Assembly (NCBI RefSeq): GCF_000012925.1
Contig: NC_007517.1
Coordinates: 2,580,001-2,612,000 of the forward strand
DNA length: 32,000 nucleotides
Direction: 5' to 3'
Source of the DNA: Geobacter metallireducens GS-15
Lineage (GTDB): Bacteria > Desulfobacterota > Desulfuromonadia > Geobacterales > Geobacteraceae
The position numbers and the translations under genes were made by a program. Below the pieces are notes generated by a model that made no database searches, had not been told where the DNA came from, and saw nothing but the letters and a program-made list of their open reading frames with translations. Of this stretch, positions 14,599-26,117 are shown piece by piece. Within the stretch, counting starts at the first letter, position 1, and each line of letters starts with the position of its first letter.

Positions 14599-16353
14599 TT
14601 ATGGCTGCTTCACCAGCAAGTCCCGATCCGCGAACACCCCCTCCGGGGTGAGGCCGCGAATCCGGTAGTACTTCTGCAACTCCTCATCAAAGCGCGCTCG
14701 ATCGAGGGGAGGAATTTCGACCCCCTCCCCACTGGAGCCCGGCTCCGAAAAGAACCGCTCCGGGAGACTGTCGTCCGCCACACTGAATCCGTTGTCGCAG
14801 TTGTAGAACCGCTCGGTGAGGCAAATCCGCCGACCGATCTCCTTGAGGTCCTGGGGTGAGTAGTCAATACCGGTGGTTGCTGACAACAGCTCGGCATATT
14901 CTTCCAGCGTGGCACCGAAGAACGAGAACTTGCAGGCAACCAGGGAATCGACGGCGGCGTTGGTGTCCTCGGCAATGGCAATGATCCGCGCCTTGCCCGA
15001 GAACGAAAAGCGGTCGGTGGCAATGGGCTTGCGGAGGATCTCGTGGGAAATGGGATAGGCGCGCAGGTGGCATCCGCCACGGTTGCTGGTGCAATAGGCC
15101 AGGGCCATACCGTAGGCGCCACGGGGATCGTAGGCGGGAAGCTCCAACCCCTTGACACTCATGGAGAGGCCGGGCTGCCCCAGGGCCTCGGCAACCCGCC
15201 GGGAACCGAGCGAAAGAAGCTCACCGTCACCCCGGCGGAAGGCGATGTCGGCCAGCAGTCGCTGCACCTCCTCGCCATCAGGGAAACTGCCACGCGCCTC
15301 CCCCCAGGCCGAGAGGGTGGCGGCGGCGGAGATGGTGTCCATCCCCAGTTCGTTGCAGAGGGTGTTGGATTTCACGATTGATGCAAGGCTGGCAATGCCG
15401 TTCAACCCCCCGAAATGGGAGAGGGTCTCGTATTCGGGAAGATGCTCTCCGGCAGGAGTACTCTTCTTGCACTGGATGGGGCAGCCGTAGCAGCCGTCTT
15501 TTTTGGCGTGGAAATCGCGTCGAATGGCGGGCCCGGAGTAGTTCCCCGACTCCTCGAAGACGGTCCGCCGGAAGTTGTCGGTAGGGGCCATGCGGCGCTG
15601 GCGCATGAGATCCACCAAGGCCGGCGTGCCATATTCGCCAATCCCCAGTTCGCCGAAGATGACAGGTGAAGCGCGGAAAAGCCGCATCACGTCCTGCCGA
15701 GCCTTTTCGAACCGCTCCCGGTCGGCGATGACCACGGGCTGGTCGCCATTCACCACAACCGCCTTCAGCCCCTTCGCCCCCATGACCGCACCGAGGCCGC
15801 CACGCCCCACCGAATTCCCTTCTCCCATCATGATATTGGCGAAGAGGACCCCTCGTTCTCCAGCCGGCCCGATGGTTGCCACGCTTCCGCGGCCGGCAAG
15901 GGCCGTGACGGTATCATGGACCGTTTTCCCCCAAAGCTGGCTCGCATCGACGATCTCGGCGCCCGACGGCGTAATCGCAATGGCAACAGGGGTTGCACTT
16001 TTGCCGGTAACCACCAAAGCATCGAACCCTGCCGCTTTCAGGCGCCACGCAAAGCGCCCTCCGGCGGAGCAGTCGTAGATGGTGCCGGTAAGAGGAGAGC
16101 GGGACACGACCGAAAGGCGGGCCGCTGTAGGGGCTGGCGTGCCGCAGAGGGGACCGACGGCGAAAATGAGCGGCATGGCCGGATCGTAGGGATCGAGCCG
16201 GTACCAATCCCGCATGAGCCTCACCCCAAGCCCCCGGCCCCCCAGATAGGCCTGGAGAAATTCCGCCGGAATCGTCTCGCGCCGACTCTCCCTTGTCGCC
16301 AGATCGACACACAGCATGCGCCCGGTCCATCCCTGCACCGCAACCCCAACCAT
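14599..16353 (-). CDS. aor: Aldehyde:ferredoxin oxidoreductase (tungstopterin AOR family)
   Basis: N-terminus GWTGRMLCVDL...YLGGRGLG and the [4Fe-4S] motif DGCYGCPIQC are typical of the AOR family. The ATG at 16353 overlaps the upstream TAA stop by 1 nt (TAATG). GTG at 16377 is an alternative start. Confidence 0.9.
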   Translation of the reverse strand: MVGVAVQGWTGRMLCVDLATRESRRETIPAEFLQAYLGGRGLGVRLMRDWYRLDPYDPAMPLIFAVGPLCGTPAPTAARLSVVSRSPLTGTIYDCSAGGRFAWRLKAAGFDALVVTGKSATPVAIAITPSGAEIVDASQLWGKTVHDTVTALAGRGSVATIGPAGERGVLFANIMMGEGNSVGRGGLGAVMGAKGLKAVVVNGDQPVVIADRERFEKARQDVMRLFRASPVIFGELGIGEYGTPALVDLMRQRRMAPTDNFRRTVFEESGNYSGPAIRRDFHAKKDGCYGCPIQCKKSTPAGEHLPEYETLSHFGGLNGIASLASIVKSNTLCNELGMDTISAAATLSAWGEARGSFPDGEEVQRLLADIAFRRGDGELLSLGSRRVAEALGQPGLSMSVKGLELPAYDPRGAYGMALAYCTSNRGGCHLRAYPISHEILRKPIATDRFSFSGKARIIAIAEDTNAAVDSLVACKFSFFGATLEEYAELLSATTGIDYSPQDLKEIGRRICLTERFYNCDNGFSVADDSLPERFFSEPGSSGEGVEIPPLDRARFDEELQKYYRIRGLTPEGVFADRDLLVKQP

Positions 16354-17024
16354 TATATACTTACCTCGCCACCACAAAACAACGGTATTCCAAAAAGTTC
16401 ACCGAAGCTTTCAACAAGATAATCAGCATCGGCAAGCTCCGTCAGTTCGCCATACCCCCAGGTGCATCCCACCGTTGATACCCTTGCCCCCTTGGCGGCG
16501 GCCATGTCGTTAATGCTGTCTCCGACCAGGGCTGCCCGTTCCGGAGGCACCCCGAAATCGGCCAAAAGCTTCAGGACCGGCTCGGGCGACGGTTTACGGA
16601 ACGGCAGGGAATCGGCACCCAGAACCTCGTCAAAGTAGCGGTCTATGCCAAGGACAGAGACTACCTCACGACAGAGGGCCACGTTCTTGTTGGAGATGAT
16701 CGCCATCCGCATCCCCCGCCCCTTCAGGGCGTCGAGGGTCTCCGGAACGCCGAGATAGAGGACGGTTCGGTCGGCAATATGCCGGTGATTGTAGTCGAGG
16801 AAGAGATCAAGCCCCTGATTGATTTCGTCCTCAGAAGCACCGGCAAGGGCCCGTTCGACAAGACGGCGCGCCCCCTGCCCCACGAGTCTGCGCACGGCAT
16901 TCTGGCCGATGGAAGGCCTACCGAGACTGGACAGCATGTGGTTTGTGGCGTCGGCGAGGTCAGGAAGGGAATCGATGAGGGTTCCATCCAGATCGAAAAT
17001 GATGAGGTTGACAGGGTACAGCAC
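16353..17024 (-). CDS. gph: HAD-superfamily hydrolase, phosphoglycolate-phosphatase-like
   Basis: Motif I IIFDLDGTLIDS, ISNK (motif II region) and VGDSINDMAAA (motif IV). Start set to GTG 17024 (AGGAG 6 nt upstream), because the longer track ORF runs through a terminator and the upstream gene. Confidence 0.8.
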   Translation of the reverse strand: MLYPVNLIIFDLDGTLIDSLPDLADATNHMLSSLGRPSIGQNAVRRLVGQGARRLVERALAGASEDEINQGLDLFLDYNHRHIADRTVLYLGVPETLDALKGRGMRMAIISNKNVALCREVVSVLGIDRYFDEVLGADSLPFRKPSPEPVLKLLADFGVPPERAALVGDSINDMAAAKGARVSTVGCTWGYGELTELADADYLVESFGELFGIPLFCGGEVSI

Positions 17025-17084
17025 AGCAGACTCCTGAAACTGAAGCAACCTAATAACTATAGAGCGTTTCACGGCTTGGCCGCA

Positions 17085-17112
17085 ATAAAAAAGCCCGTCT
17101 CTGGGCGGGCTT
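17085..17112 (-). terminator. Rho-independent terminator after the rubrerythrin-like gene
   Basis: The minus strand reads AAAAGCCCGCCCAGAGACGGGCTTTTTTAT. Confidence 0.6.
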
Positions 17113-17140
17113 TTACGCGCGGGCTGGGAAATTGTTCGTT

Positions 17141-17632
17141 TCAGTATTCCTTCAGGTTGCTGAACTCTCCCCACGCAAGATAGGTCTTCGGATTTTCCAC
17201 GAACGAGTAAATATTTTCCACGATGCTCAGGTGTCGCCGTTCCTCATCGGCCAGCTTCTTCAACAGAGCGCGGGTCTCCTCGTTGTCAGCCTTGCCAGCA
17301 AGTTCCTCGTAGAATTTGATGCTTGCCTCCTCTTCCCTCACCACGTGCTGGTATCCGTCAGGATCCTTCAGCAGTTCAGACACCAGGTCACGCTTGCCGA
17401 GGAGCGGTTTGAAGGCGCATGCAGCCTCGTCGAGGGCCTTGAATTCCGCCTTTGCCGGATCAATATTACCCAGCATGGACAAGAGGGTAGCATGGTGCTC
17501 CTTTTCCGCCGCCGCCAGCATACTGAAAATGCGCTGCAACTCATCAACAGAAGAAGCCGCCGCCAGTTGTATGTAATGTGCAGCAGCCTCCTCCTCCATC
17601 TTGAGCGCACAGTCGATAACGTTCATACACAA
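17141..17632 (-). CDS. Ferritin-like di-iron protein (rubrerythrin family, no rubredoxin domain)
   Basis: Two E-x-x-H motifs (AAAEKEHH and ADEERRH), each preceded by acidic helices (MEEEAAAHY and REEEASIKFYEE). About 160 aa. Confidence 0.75.
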   Translation of the reverse strand: MCMNVIDCALKMEEEAAAHYIQLAAASSVDELQRIFSMLAAAEKEHHATLLSMLGNIDPAKAEFKALDEAACAFKPLLGKRDLVSELLKDPDGYQHVVREEEASIKFYEELAGKADNEETRALLKKLADEERRHLSIVENIYSFVENPKTYLAWGEFSNLKEY

Positions 17633-17707
17633 GCCCCCTTTCCCTGGTTTGATTTACTCTCTCTACTGAAATAATACCAAATCACTCCGTATTTTCAGGT
17701 GGGTCCG

Positions 17708-17736
17708 AAAAAAAGAAAAAGGCGCCGTTCGGCGCC
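17708..17736 (-). terminator. Rho-independent terminator after guaA
   Basis: The minus strand reads GGCGCC-gaac-GGCGCC followed by TTTTTCTTTTTTT. Confidence 0.75.
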
Positions 17737-17751
17737 CTTTCTGAAATGAAT

Positions 17752-20856
<3,105 letters not shown>

Positions 20857-20890
20857 GTTAAAAGGGGTTAAAATCAAAGAGAAAATCAGG

Positions 20891-20929
20891 GAGGGCTCGA
20901 AGAGAAAAACCGTTTCACTCCGAGCCCTC
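20891..20929 (-). terminator. Possible terminator hairpin after the M42 peptidase gene
   Basis: 9-bp stem GAGGGCTCG/CGAGCCCTC with a large loop, followed on the minus strand by a T-rich stretch (cctgattttctctttgatttt). Confidence 0.35.
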
Positions 20930-20933
20930 TTCG

Positions 20934-22004
20934 TCAGCGCAGAATGAACGCCTCTTTTTTCCCCATACCCGGCAGCGCAGCGACGATAAGTCGAACGGCG
21001 TTCTCCAGATCGGAGAGGGAGATGACCTCCACCGGCGTGTGCATGTAGCGGAGCGGCAGCTTCACCAGGGCTGTGGCAACGCCACCCCGGGATATCTGCA
21101 TCACGTTGGCGTCGGTACCTGTGGCCCGGGCAATGCCGGTGTACTGGACCGCAATCCCCTCCCGATCCGCCGTGGCCGAGAGGAGGTCAAAGAGGGGGTG
21201 GTTGATGTTGGCCCCCCGGGGGAGAATCGGCCCTTTGCCGAGCTTCACCTCGCCGTTGTGCTTCTTCTCCACGTCGGGCTGATCCGTGGCAAAATCCACC
21301 TCCACGCAGATCCCCACATGGGGGTTAACGCTGTAGGAGCTGGTGGTGCCGCCGCGGAGCCCGATTTCCTCCTGCACGGACGAGACACCGTAGAGGTCCA
21401 CCGGAAGCTTCACCCCCGATTCGGCCACGGTTCGGAGCACCTCGGCCACCACGAAGCTCCCGGCTTTGTCATCAAAGGCCCGGGAAGCGACCCGGTCCCC
21501 CAGGAGCGACTCGAAGCCGACGGCGAAGGTAACCGGATCGCCGACCCGTACGGCCTCCTGGGCATCATTCTTGTCGGCCGCGCCGATGTCGATGTACTGG
21601 GCGTCAAGGCGGACCACCTTTTTCCGGTCCTCTTCATCCATGAGGTGGATCGGCTTCTTGCCGATGACGCCCGCCACCTCTCCCTTGGCCGTGTGGATGC
21701 GGACTCGCTTCCCCGGCGTCAGATGGGCATCCACCCCGCCGATGGGAGCGAAGAAGATGAAACCGTTGTCGTCGATGTACTTCACCTGGAAGCCGATCTC
21801 GTCCGAGTGCCCCACGATCATGACCCGCGGAAGGTCTTCACCCTCGCCGCGGATGAGGCCGAACACGTTCCCCATGACATCGGTGGTCACTTCGGCAAAG
21901 GGGGCGATGTAATCGCGAAAGACCCGCTGGGCCGGCTGTTCGTAGCCGGAGGGGCTTGGGGCTTCGACCAGCTGTTTGAAAAAATCGAGGGACTCCTGAC
22001 GCAT
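20934..22004 (-). CDS. M42-family metallo-aminopeptidase (FrvX/CelM-like)
   Basis: APSPSGYE, MIVGHSDEIGF, AFDDKAG and SVQEEIGLRG motifs. Start set to ATG 22004 (GGAG upstream). Confidence 0.85.
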   Translation of the reverse strand: MRQESLDFFKQLVEAPSPSGYEQPAQRVFRDYIAPFAEVTTDVMGNVFGLIRGEGEDLPRVMIVGHSDEIGFQVKYIDDNGFIFFAPIGGVDAHLTPGKRVRIHTAKGEVAGVIGKKPIHLMDEEDRKKVVRLDAQYIDIGAADKNDAQEAVRVGDPVTFAVGFESLLGDRVASRAFDDKAGSFVVAEVLRTVAESGVKLPVDLYGVSSVQEEIGLRGGTTSSYSVNPHVGICVEVDFATDQPDVEKKHNGEVKLGKGPILPRGANINHPLFDLLSATADREGIAVQYTGIARATGTDANVMQISRGGVATALVKLPLRYMHTPVEVISLSDLENAVRLIVAALPGMGKKEAFILR

Positions 22005-22054
22005 TGATGGCTCCTCTCCAAAATCTGTCACGACGGGGCTGTCGCCCCATCAAT

Positions 22055-22555
22055 TCACATGGGATATTTGCCGAGATCGGCGGGATCGAGGTTTTCGAGA
22101 AAATCCACAAAGCGGCGCGCATCGGCGTCGGTGAAGCGTTCGTCGGTGTCACCGTTGCTCTTTGCAATCTTGTTGAGTAGGTGGTCCGCCACCATGACCG
22201 GCAGGGAGTGCTTGAGGGCCAACACCAGGGCCTCGGGGATCCGCACCGGGAGCAGCACCGTCTCGCCGTCCAGCAAAACCCCCACTGAAGCGTCGAAGAG
22301 GCCGTCCTTCATGTCCTCGATGACAATCTCCGCCACTTCTGCGTCCAAATGACCGAGCAGCGCCGAGAGGAGATCCTTGCGGTCGCTCTTGGCCGCGGCG
22401 TCATGGCGGACGAGTTCGGCCACGATGTACAGGGTGTCGCTGCTGTTGATCCAGATGGGGATGGTATTCGCCTCATCGGCATCCTTGAGGAGGACGACCG
22501 GCCTCTGGGCGATGGAGTCGAGGGCAAAGCCGTGGATGTTCATCTTCAGGTACAT
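22055..22555 (-). CDS. Bifunctional nuclease (DUF151/BFN) domain protein
   Basis: N-terminus IHGFALDSIAQRPVVLLKDADEANTIPIWINSSDTLYIV fits the BFN fold pattern as I recall it. Confidence 0.65.
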   Translation of the reverse strand: MYLKMNIHGFALDSIAQRPVVLLKDADEANTIPIWINSSDTLYIVAELVRHDAAAKSDRKDLLSALLGHLDAEVAEIVIEDMKDGLFDASVGVLLDGETVLLPVRIPEALVLALKHSLPVMVADHLLNKIAKSNGDTDERFTDADARRFVDFLENLDPADLGKYPM

Positions 22556-22570
22556 GGGTGCTCCGTTTTC

Positions 22571-23896
22571 TTATTGAAAAACTGCGAGTTCGCCCAGGAG
22601 CGAATTCGGGTAGCCGCGAGTGATGCGCACGTCGACGAGGGAACCTGCGAGGGAGGGATTGCCGGCAAAGTTCACGATCAGGTTGCCGTCGGTGCGGCCG
22701 TAGAGCTGGTCTCCCCGCTTGCTCATCCCTTCCACGAGGACCGCCTGGCAGGTGCCGACAAAGCCGGCATGCCTCTCAATGGTCATGTCCCGCTGGAGCC
22801 CCTGAACCCGTTCCAGGCGCTCCGTGGTCTCCTTGCGCATAATCCTGTCGCCGAGGGACGCGGCGGCGGTCTCGGGGCGGGGGGAATAGGCAAAGGAAAA
22901 GATGTCGGTATAGCGGACCTCCTCCATGAGGGAGAGGGTCTGGAGAAAATCGGCCTCCGTCTCACCGGGGAAGCCGACGATGATGTCCCCGGTTATGAGG
23001 ATCTCCGGGCGAGCCGCCCTGAGCGCTGCCACCTTTTCCAGGTATTCCTGCCGCGTATAGCCCCTGTTCATGCGTGCCAGAATCGAATCGCTCCCCGCCT
23101 GGGCCGGCAGATGGATGTGTCCGCAGAGCTTGGGAAGCTCGGCGAAGCAGGCAATGAGCTCCGGTGAGATATCCTTCGGGTGGGAGGTGGTGAAGCGGAT
23201 CCGCTCCAGGCCGTCGATGGCCGAAATTTCCCGCAGGAGCCCCGCAAAACTCAGCTCACCCGGCGTCTTCAGCCCGTAGGAGTTGACATTCTGGCCCAGA
23301 AGCGTCACCTCCCGCACGCCACCAGCCACGGCGCTGCGAATCTCTCCGATGATCTCGACGGAACGGCGGCTGATCTCTCTTCCCCGCACGTAAGGGACGA
23401 TGCAGTAGGAGCAGAAGTTGTCGCACCCCTGCATGACCGTCACGAAGCGGGTTACGCCCCCCCCTTCGTCGGCTTGCGGGAACAAGTCGAGCCTTGCCTC
23501 GTTGTCGATGAAATCCACCGCGGCCCTGCGCTCTCCCTGCTCCGCGGCCCTGACCATCTCCGGCAAAAGATGGAGGTTGTGCGTTCCGAAGACGAGATCG
23601 AGCCACGGCACCCGCTTCAGGAGCCGTTCCCCCTCCTGCTGCGCCACGCACCCCCCCACGCCCAGAAGCAACCGTCTGTCACGCTTAAGCTTCCGAAAGC
23701 GGCCCAGGTAGCTGTAGACCTTGTGCTCGGCCTTTGCCCGCACGCTGCAGGTGTTCACAATAATCAGGTCCGCCTCCGATGAATCGGGAGTCTGGGAGTA
23801 CCCCTCCCCCCTCAGGAGCGACGCCACCTTCTCGGAATCGCTCACGTTCATCTGGCAACCAAAGGTTTCGATATACAGAAGTTTTTCGCCGGTCAC
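22571..23896 (-). CDS. miaB: tRNA-i6A37 methylthiotransferase MiaB (radical SAM)
   Basis: YIETFGCQMN (UPF0004 domain), the radical-SAM motif CDNFCSYCIVP and a C-terminal TRAM domain. GTG start with GAGG upstream. Confidence 0.93.
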   Translation of the reverse strand: MTGEKLLYIETFGCQMNVSDSEKVASLLRGEGYSQTPDSSEADLIIVNTCSVRAKAEHKVYSYLGRFRKLKRDRRLLLGVGGCVAQQEGERLLKRVPWLDLVFGTHNLHLLPEMVRAAEQGERRAAVDFIDNEARLDLFPQADEGGGVTRFVTVMQGCDNFCSYCIVPYVRGREISRRSVEIIGEIRSAVAGGVREVTLLGQNVNSYGLKTPGELSFAGLLREISAIDGLERIRFTTSHPKDISPELIACFAELPKLCGHIHLPAQAGSDSILARMNRGYTRQEYLEKVAALRAARPEILITGDIIVGFPGETEADFLQTLSLMEEVRYTDIFSFAYSPRPETAAASLGDRIMRKETTERLERVQGLQRDMTIERHAGFVGTCQAVLVEGMSKRGDQLYGRTDGNLIVNFAGNPSLAGSLVDVRITRGYPNSLLGELAVFQ

Positions 23897-24169
23897 GGGT
23901 CCTCTTTCCTGCGGATAATTCGATAGATATTACGAAATTACGCCGCGTCCCGTCAACTGCGTATTTGCCGTATACCGCACAAGCGGGATAAAGTCCGGCA
24001 ATGGCTTCCAGCACCCAATATGTGCGGGACGAAGATTGCCCCATATCCCCTTCTCTCTTGCCACCATAGGCCACGAGATTTTTAGCTTGACTTGCCACTC
24101 CATTCAATGCTAACTAATTGACTTTCAAAATTATCTGAATCCACTCGTAATACATACTGGAGGTGTAGT

Positions 24170-24433
24170 TTGGCTCATCACAAGTCGGCCCTGAAAAGAA
24201 TCAAGCAAAACAAGAGAAAGCAGTTCAGAAACAAGTCCATCCGCTCCGGTCTGCGGACTTTCATAAAGAATGTGCGTGAGGCAGTCGAGGCCAAGGATGC
24301 AGCCAAGGCCAAAGAAGCCCTCCAGGCAGCGATCCCGGTCATCGACAAGGCGGCCACCAAGGGGATCATCCACGCCAATGCCGCATCCCGCAACGTTTCC
24401 CGTCTCACCAAACTGGTGAATACCCTCGGGTAA
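24170..24433 (+). CDS. rpsT: 30S ribosomal protein S20
   Basis: [25 protein letters not shown]... is typical S20. TTG start 6 nt after GGAGGT (E. coli rpsT also uses UUG). Confidence 0.95.
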   Translation: MAHHKSALKRIKQNKRKQFRNKSIRSGLRTFIKNVREAVEAKDAAKAKEALQAAIPVIDKAATKGIIHANAASRNVSRLTKLVNTLG

Positions 24434-24460
24434 CCATTTTTTCTATATGCACTACTAAAA

Positions 24461-24486
24461 GGGACTCCCGACAGGGGTCCCTTTTT
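24461..24486 (+). terminator. Rho-independent terminator after rpsT
   Basis: GGGACTCC-cgaca-GGGGTCCC followed by TTTTTCT. Confidence 0.75.
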
Positions 24487-24541
24487 CTGTGACGCTGCAC
24501 GGTCAAATGCCTTGCTGCATGAGATAATTTCCTCCCTCTTG

Positions 24542-25546
24542 CTACCGGGAGCCCATCCCACAGACGTCCATCACAAGCTTTTCCAAAGTCAGGGTCGGCC
24601 GTTTCGCCCCTCCCCCCTTCAAGGCAAGGTCGGTAGCATAGAGGCCCTCAAAAACTTTTTTCAATTCTGAGGCGGAAAAGTTCCGCGCCTGTGCCATGAC
24701 TCCCTTGATGAAGTAGGGATTGATCCCGGCAAGGCGGGAAATGTCCTGCTGGGGGACTTTCTGCGCCATCAGATCACGCACTCGCCAGAGCTGCCGAAAG
24801 TGCCGCGCGATCATGGCTAGAAGCATAAGCGGCGCCTCCCCGTCCCTGAGTATGGTGGCCAGGCTTCGGAGCGCCTTTACCACGTTTCGCTCCCCGAGGG
24901 CATTCGTAAGATCGAAAACACTCTCCACCTTCGTGTCGGAGACAATTCCCCGCACATCCTCCACAGAGATCGTCTCACGCTGCCCCACGTACAGGGCTAC
25001 TTTTTCCAACTGGGTGGAGAGTTCGCCCAGGTTGTTCCCCACCAGATAGACCAGCATCTCGGCCGCCGCCGGTTCGACCCGCTTGCCGAGCCCCTTTGCC
25101 TCCTCACGGATGAAGGCGCCAAGCTGATTCTCATAGGGGCGCTTGCACTCCACAAGCTCCCCCTTCTTCTTCATCTCCTGGAAAAACTTCTTCCGCTGGT
25201 CCACCTTCTCCCCCATGAAGACGAGACAGGTGGTTGGCGGAGGGTCGGCGACACAGGAGGCGAGAATCTCCAGGGCGGCAGCGGAGAGATCTCCGGCCCG
25301 CTTCACGAGGACCATCCGTCGATCGGCGAACATGGGGAGCGTCTGGGCAACCGAGGCAACCTCGTCCCCCTTGCACTCGTTGCCGTAGAAGACATCCAGA
25401 TTGAAATCGCGGAAATCGGGGGGGACAGCACTATCCATGAGCCGCTTCACGGCCCGTTCCATGAGGTGCGGCTCGTCCCCATGGAAATAATAAAGGGGAG
25501 AAATCTCTCCCCGGTCCAAGGCTTTATTGAATTCGTCGATTTTCAT
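24542..25546 (-). CDS. holA: DNA polymerase III delta subunit
   Basis: LYYFHGDEPHLM N-terminus, 334 aa, in the conserved leuS-lptE-holA order. Confidence 0.9.
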   Translation of the reverse strand: MKIDEFNKALDRGEISPLYYFHGDEPHLMERAVKRLMDSAVPPDFRDFNLDVFYGNECKGDEVASVAQTLPMFADRRMVLVKRAGDLSAAALEILASCVADPPPTTCLVFMGEKVDQRKKFFQEMKKKGELVECKRPYENQLGAFIREEAKGLGKRVEPAAAEMLVYLVGNNLGELSTQLEKVALYVGQRETISVEDVRGIVSDTKVESVFDLTNALGERNVVKALRSLATILRDGEAPLMLLAMIARHFRQLWRVRDLMAQKVPQQDISRLAGINPYFIKGVMAQARNFSASELKKVFEGLYATDLALKGGGAKRPTLTLEKLVMDVCGMGSR

Positions 25547-25582
25547 GGGCTCGAAGAAGTCGGAACAGGGACTCCATGGACA

Positions 25583-26110
25583 TCAGAAATCTTCCGTAAG
25601 GTGAATATAGACTTCCCGCGCCATCTTGCGGCAGATCTCCCGAATCGCGGCATCCTCGCTGTTCTGCTGGACAACCAGATCGGTCAGGGCGGGAAAATCC
25701 TGAGTAGACGTGATGACACCCTTCCAGACCACCTGGCCGGTGTCGTTCCGACGCAGCGCTACCTCCGCAGTAACCGTGGCGCGGTATTCCTTCACCTCGT
25801 CCTTGGCGGTATAGGAGGCGTGGGAGGTGCCATAGGTGAGGACAGTTCCCGAGAGAACGAGATCGCCTCCTCTCTCCACAAGCCGGGTACCCTCCCTCTT
25901 GGCCAACTCATCTACGATAATATCGGTAAGGGTTGCTTCGATGTTTGGCCTGAAGCTCCGGTTGGTAAAGATGGAAACCTGCAGGGTCTTGCCTTCGAGC
26001 TCAGCCCCGCCCCGCGCCGGTCTCATGATGTGGTAGCCGCACCCGGCAATAACCAGCATGGTCACGATTGCCACCACAAGACGCACAATGCTCCCCTTCA
26101 GGGTCGACAT
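25583..26110 (-). CDS. lptE: LPS-assembly lipoprotein LptE-like
   Basis: Lipobox VIAGC|GY after a signal peptide starting at ATG 26110. Located between leuS and holA, as in many Gram-negative bacteria. Confidence 0.75.
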   Translation of the reverse strand: MSTLKGSIVRLVVAIVTMLVIAGCGYHIMRPARGGAELEGKTLQVSIFTNRSFRPNIEATLTDIIVDELAKREGTRLVERGGDLVLSGTVLTYGTSHASYTAKDEVKEYRATVTAEVALRRNDTGQVVWKGVITSTQDFPALTDLVVQQNSEDAAIREICRKMAREVYIHLTEDF

Positions 26111-26117
26111 AGACCCG

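Noticed and set aside
23685-24107. 140-aa minus-strand ORF and small plus-strand ORFs in the miaB-rpsT divergent intergenic region
   Set aside because: They overlap the miaB 5' end or the promoter region and have no RBS or motifs. The region is more plausibly a divergent promoter region, though I could not pin down convincing -35/-10 boxes for rpsT.
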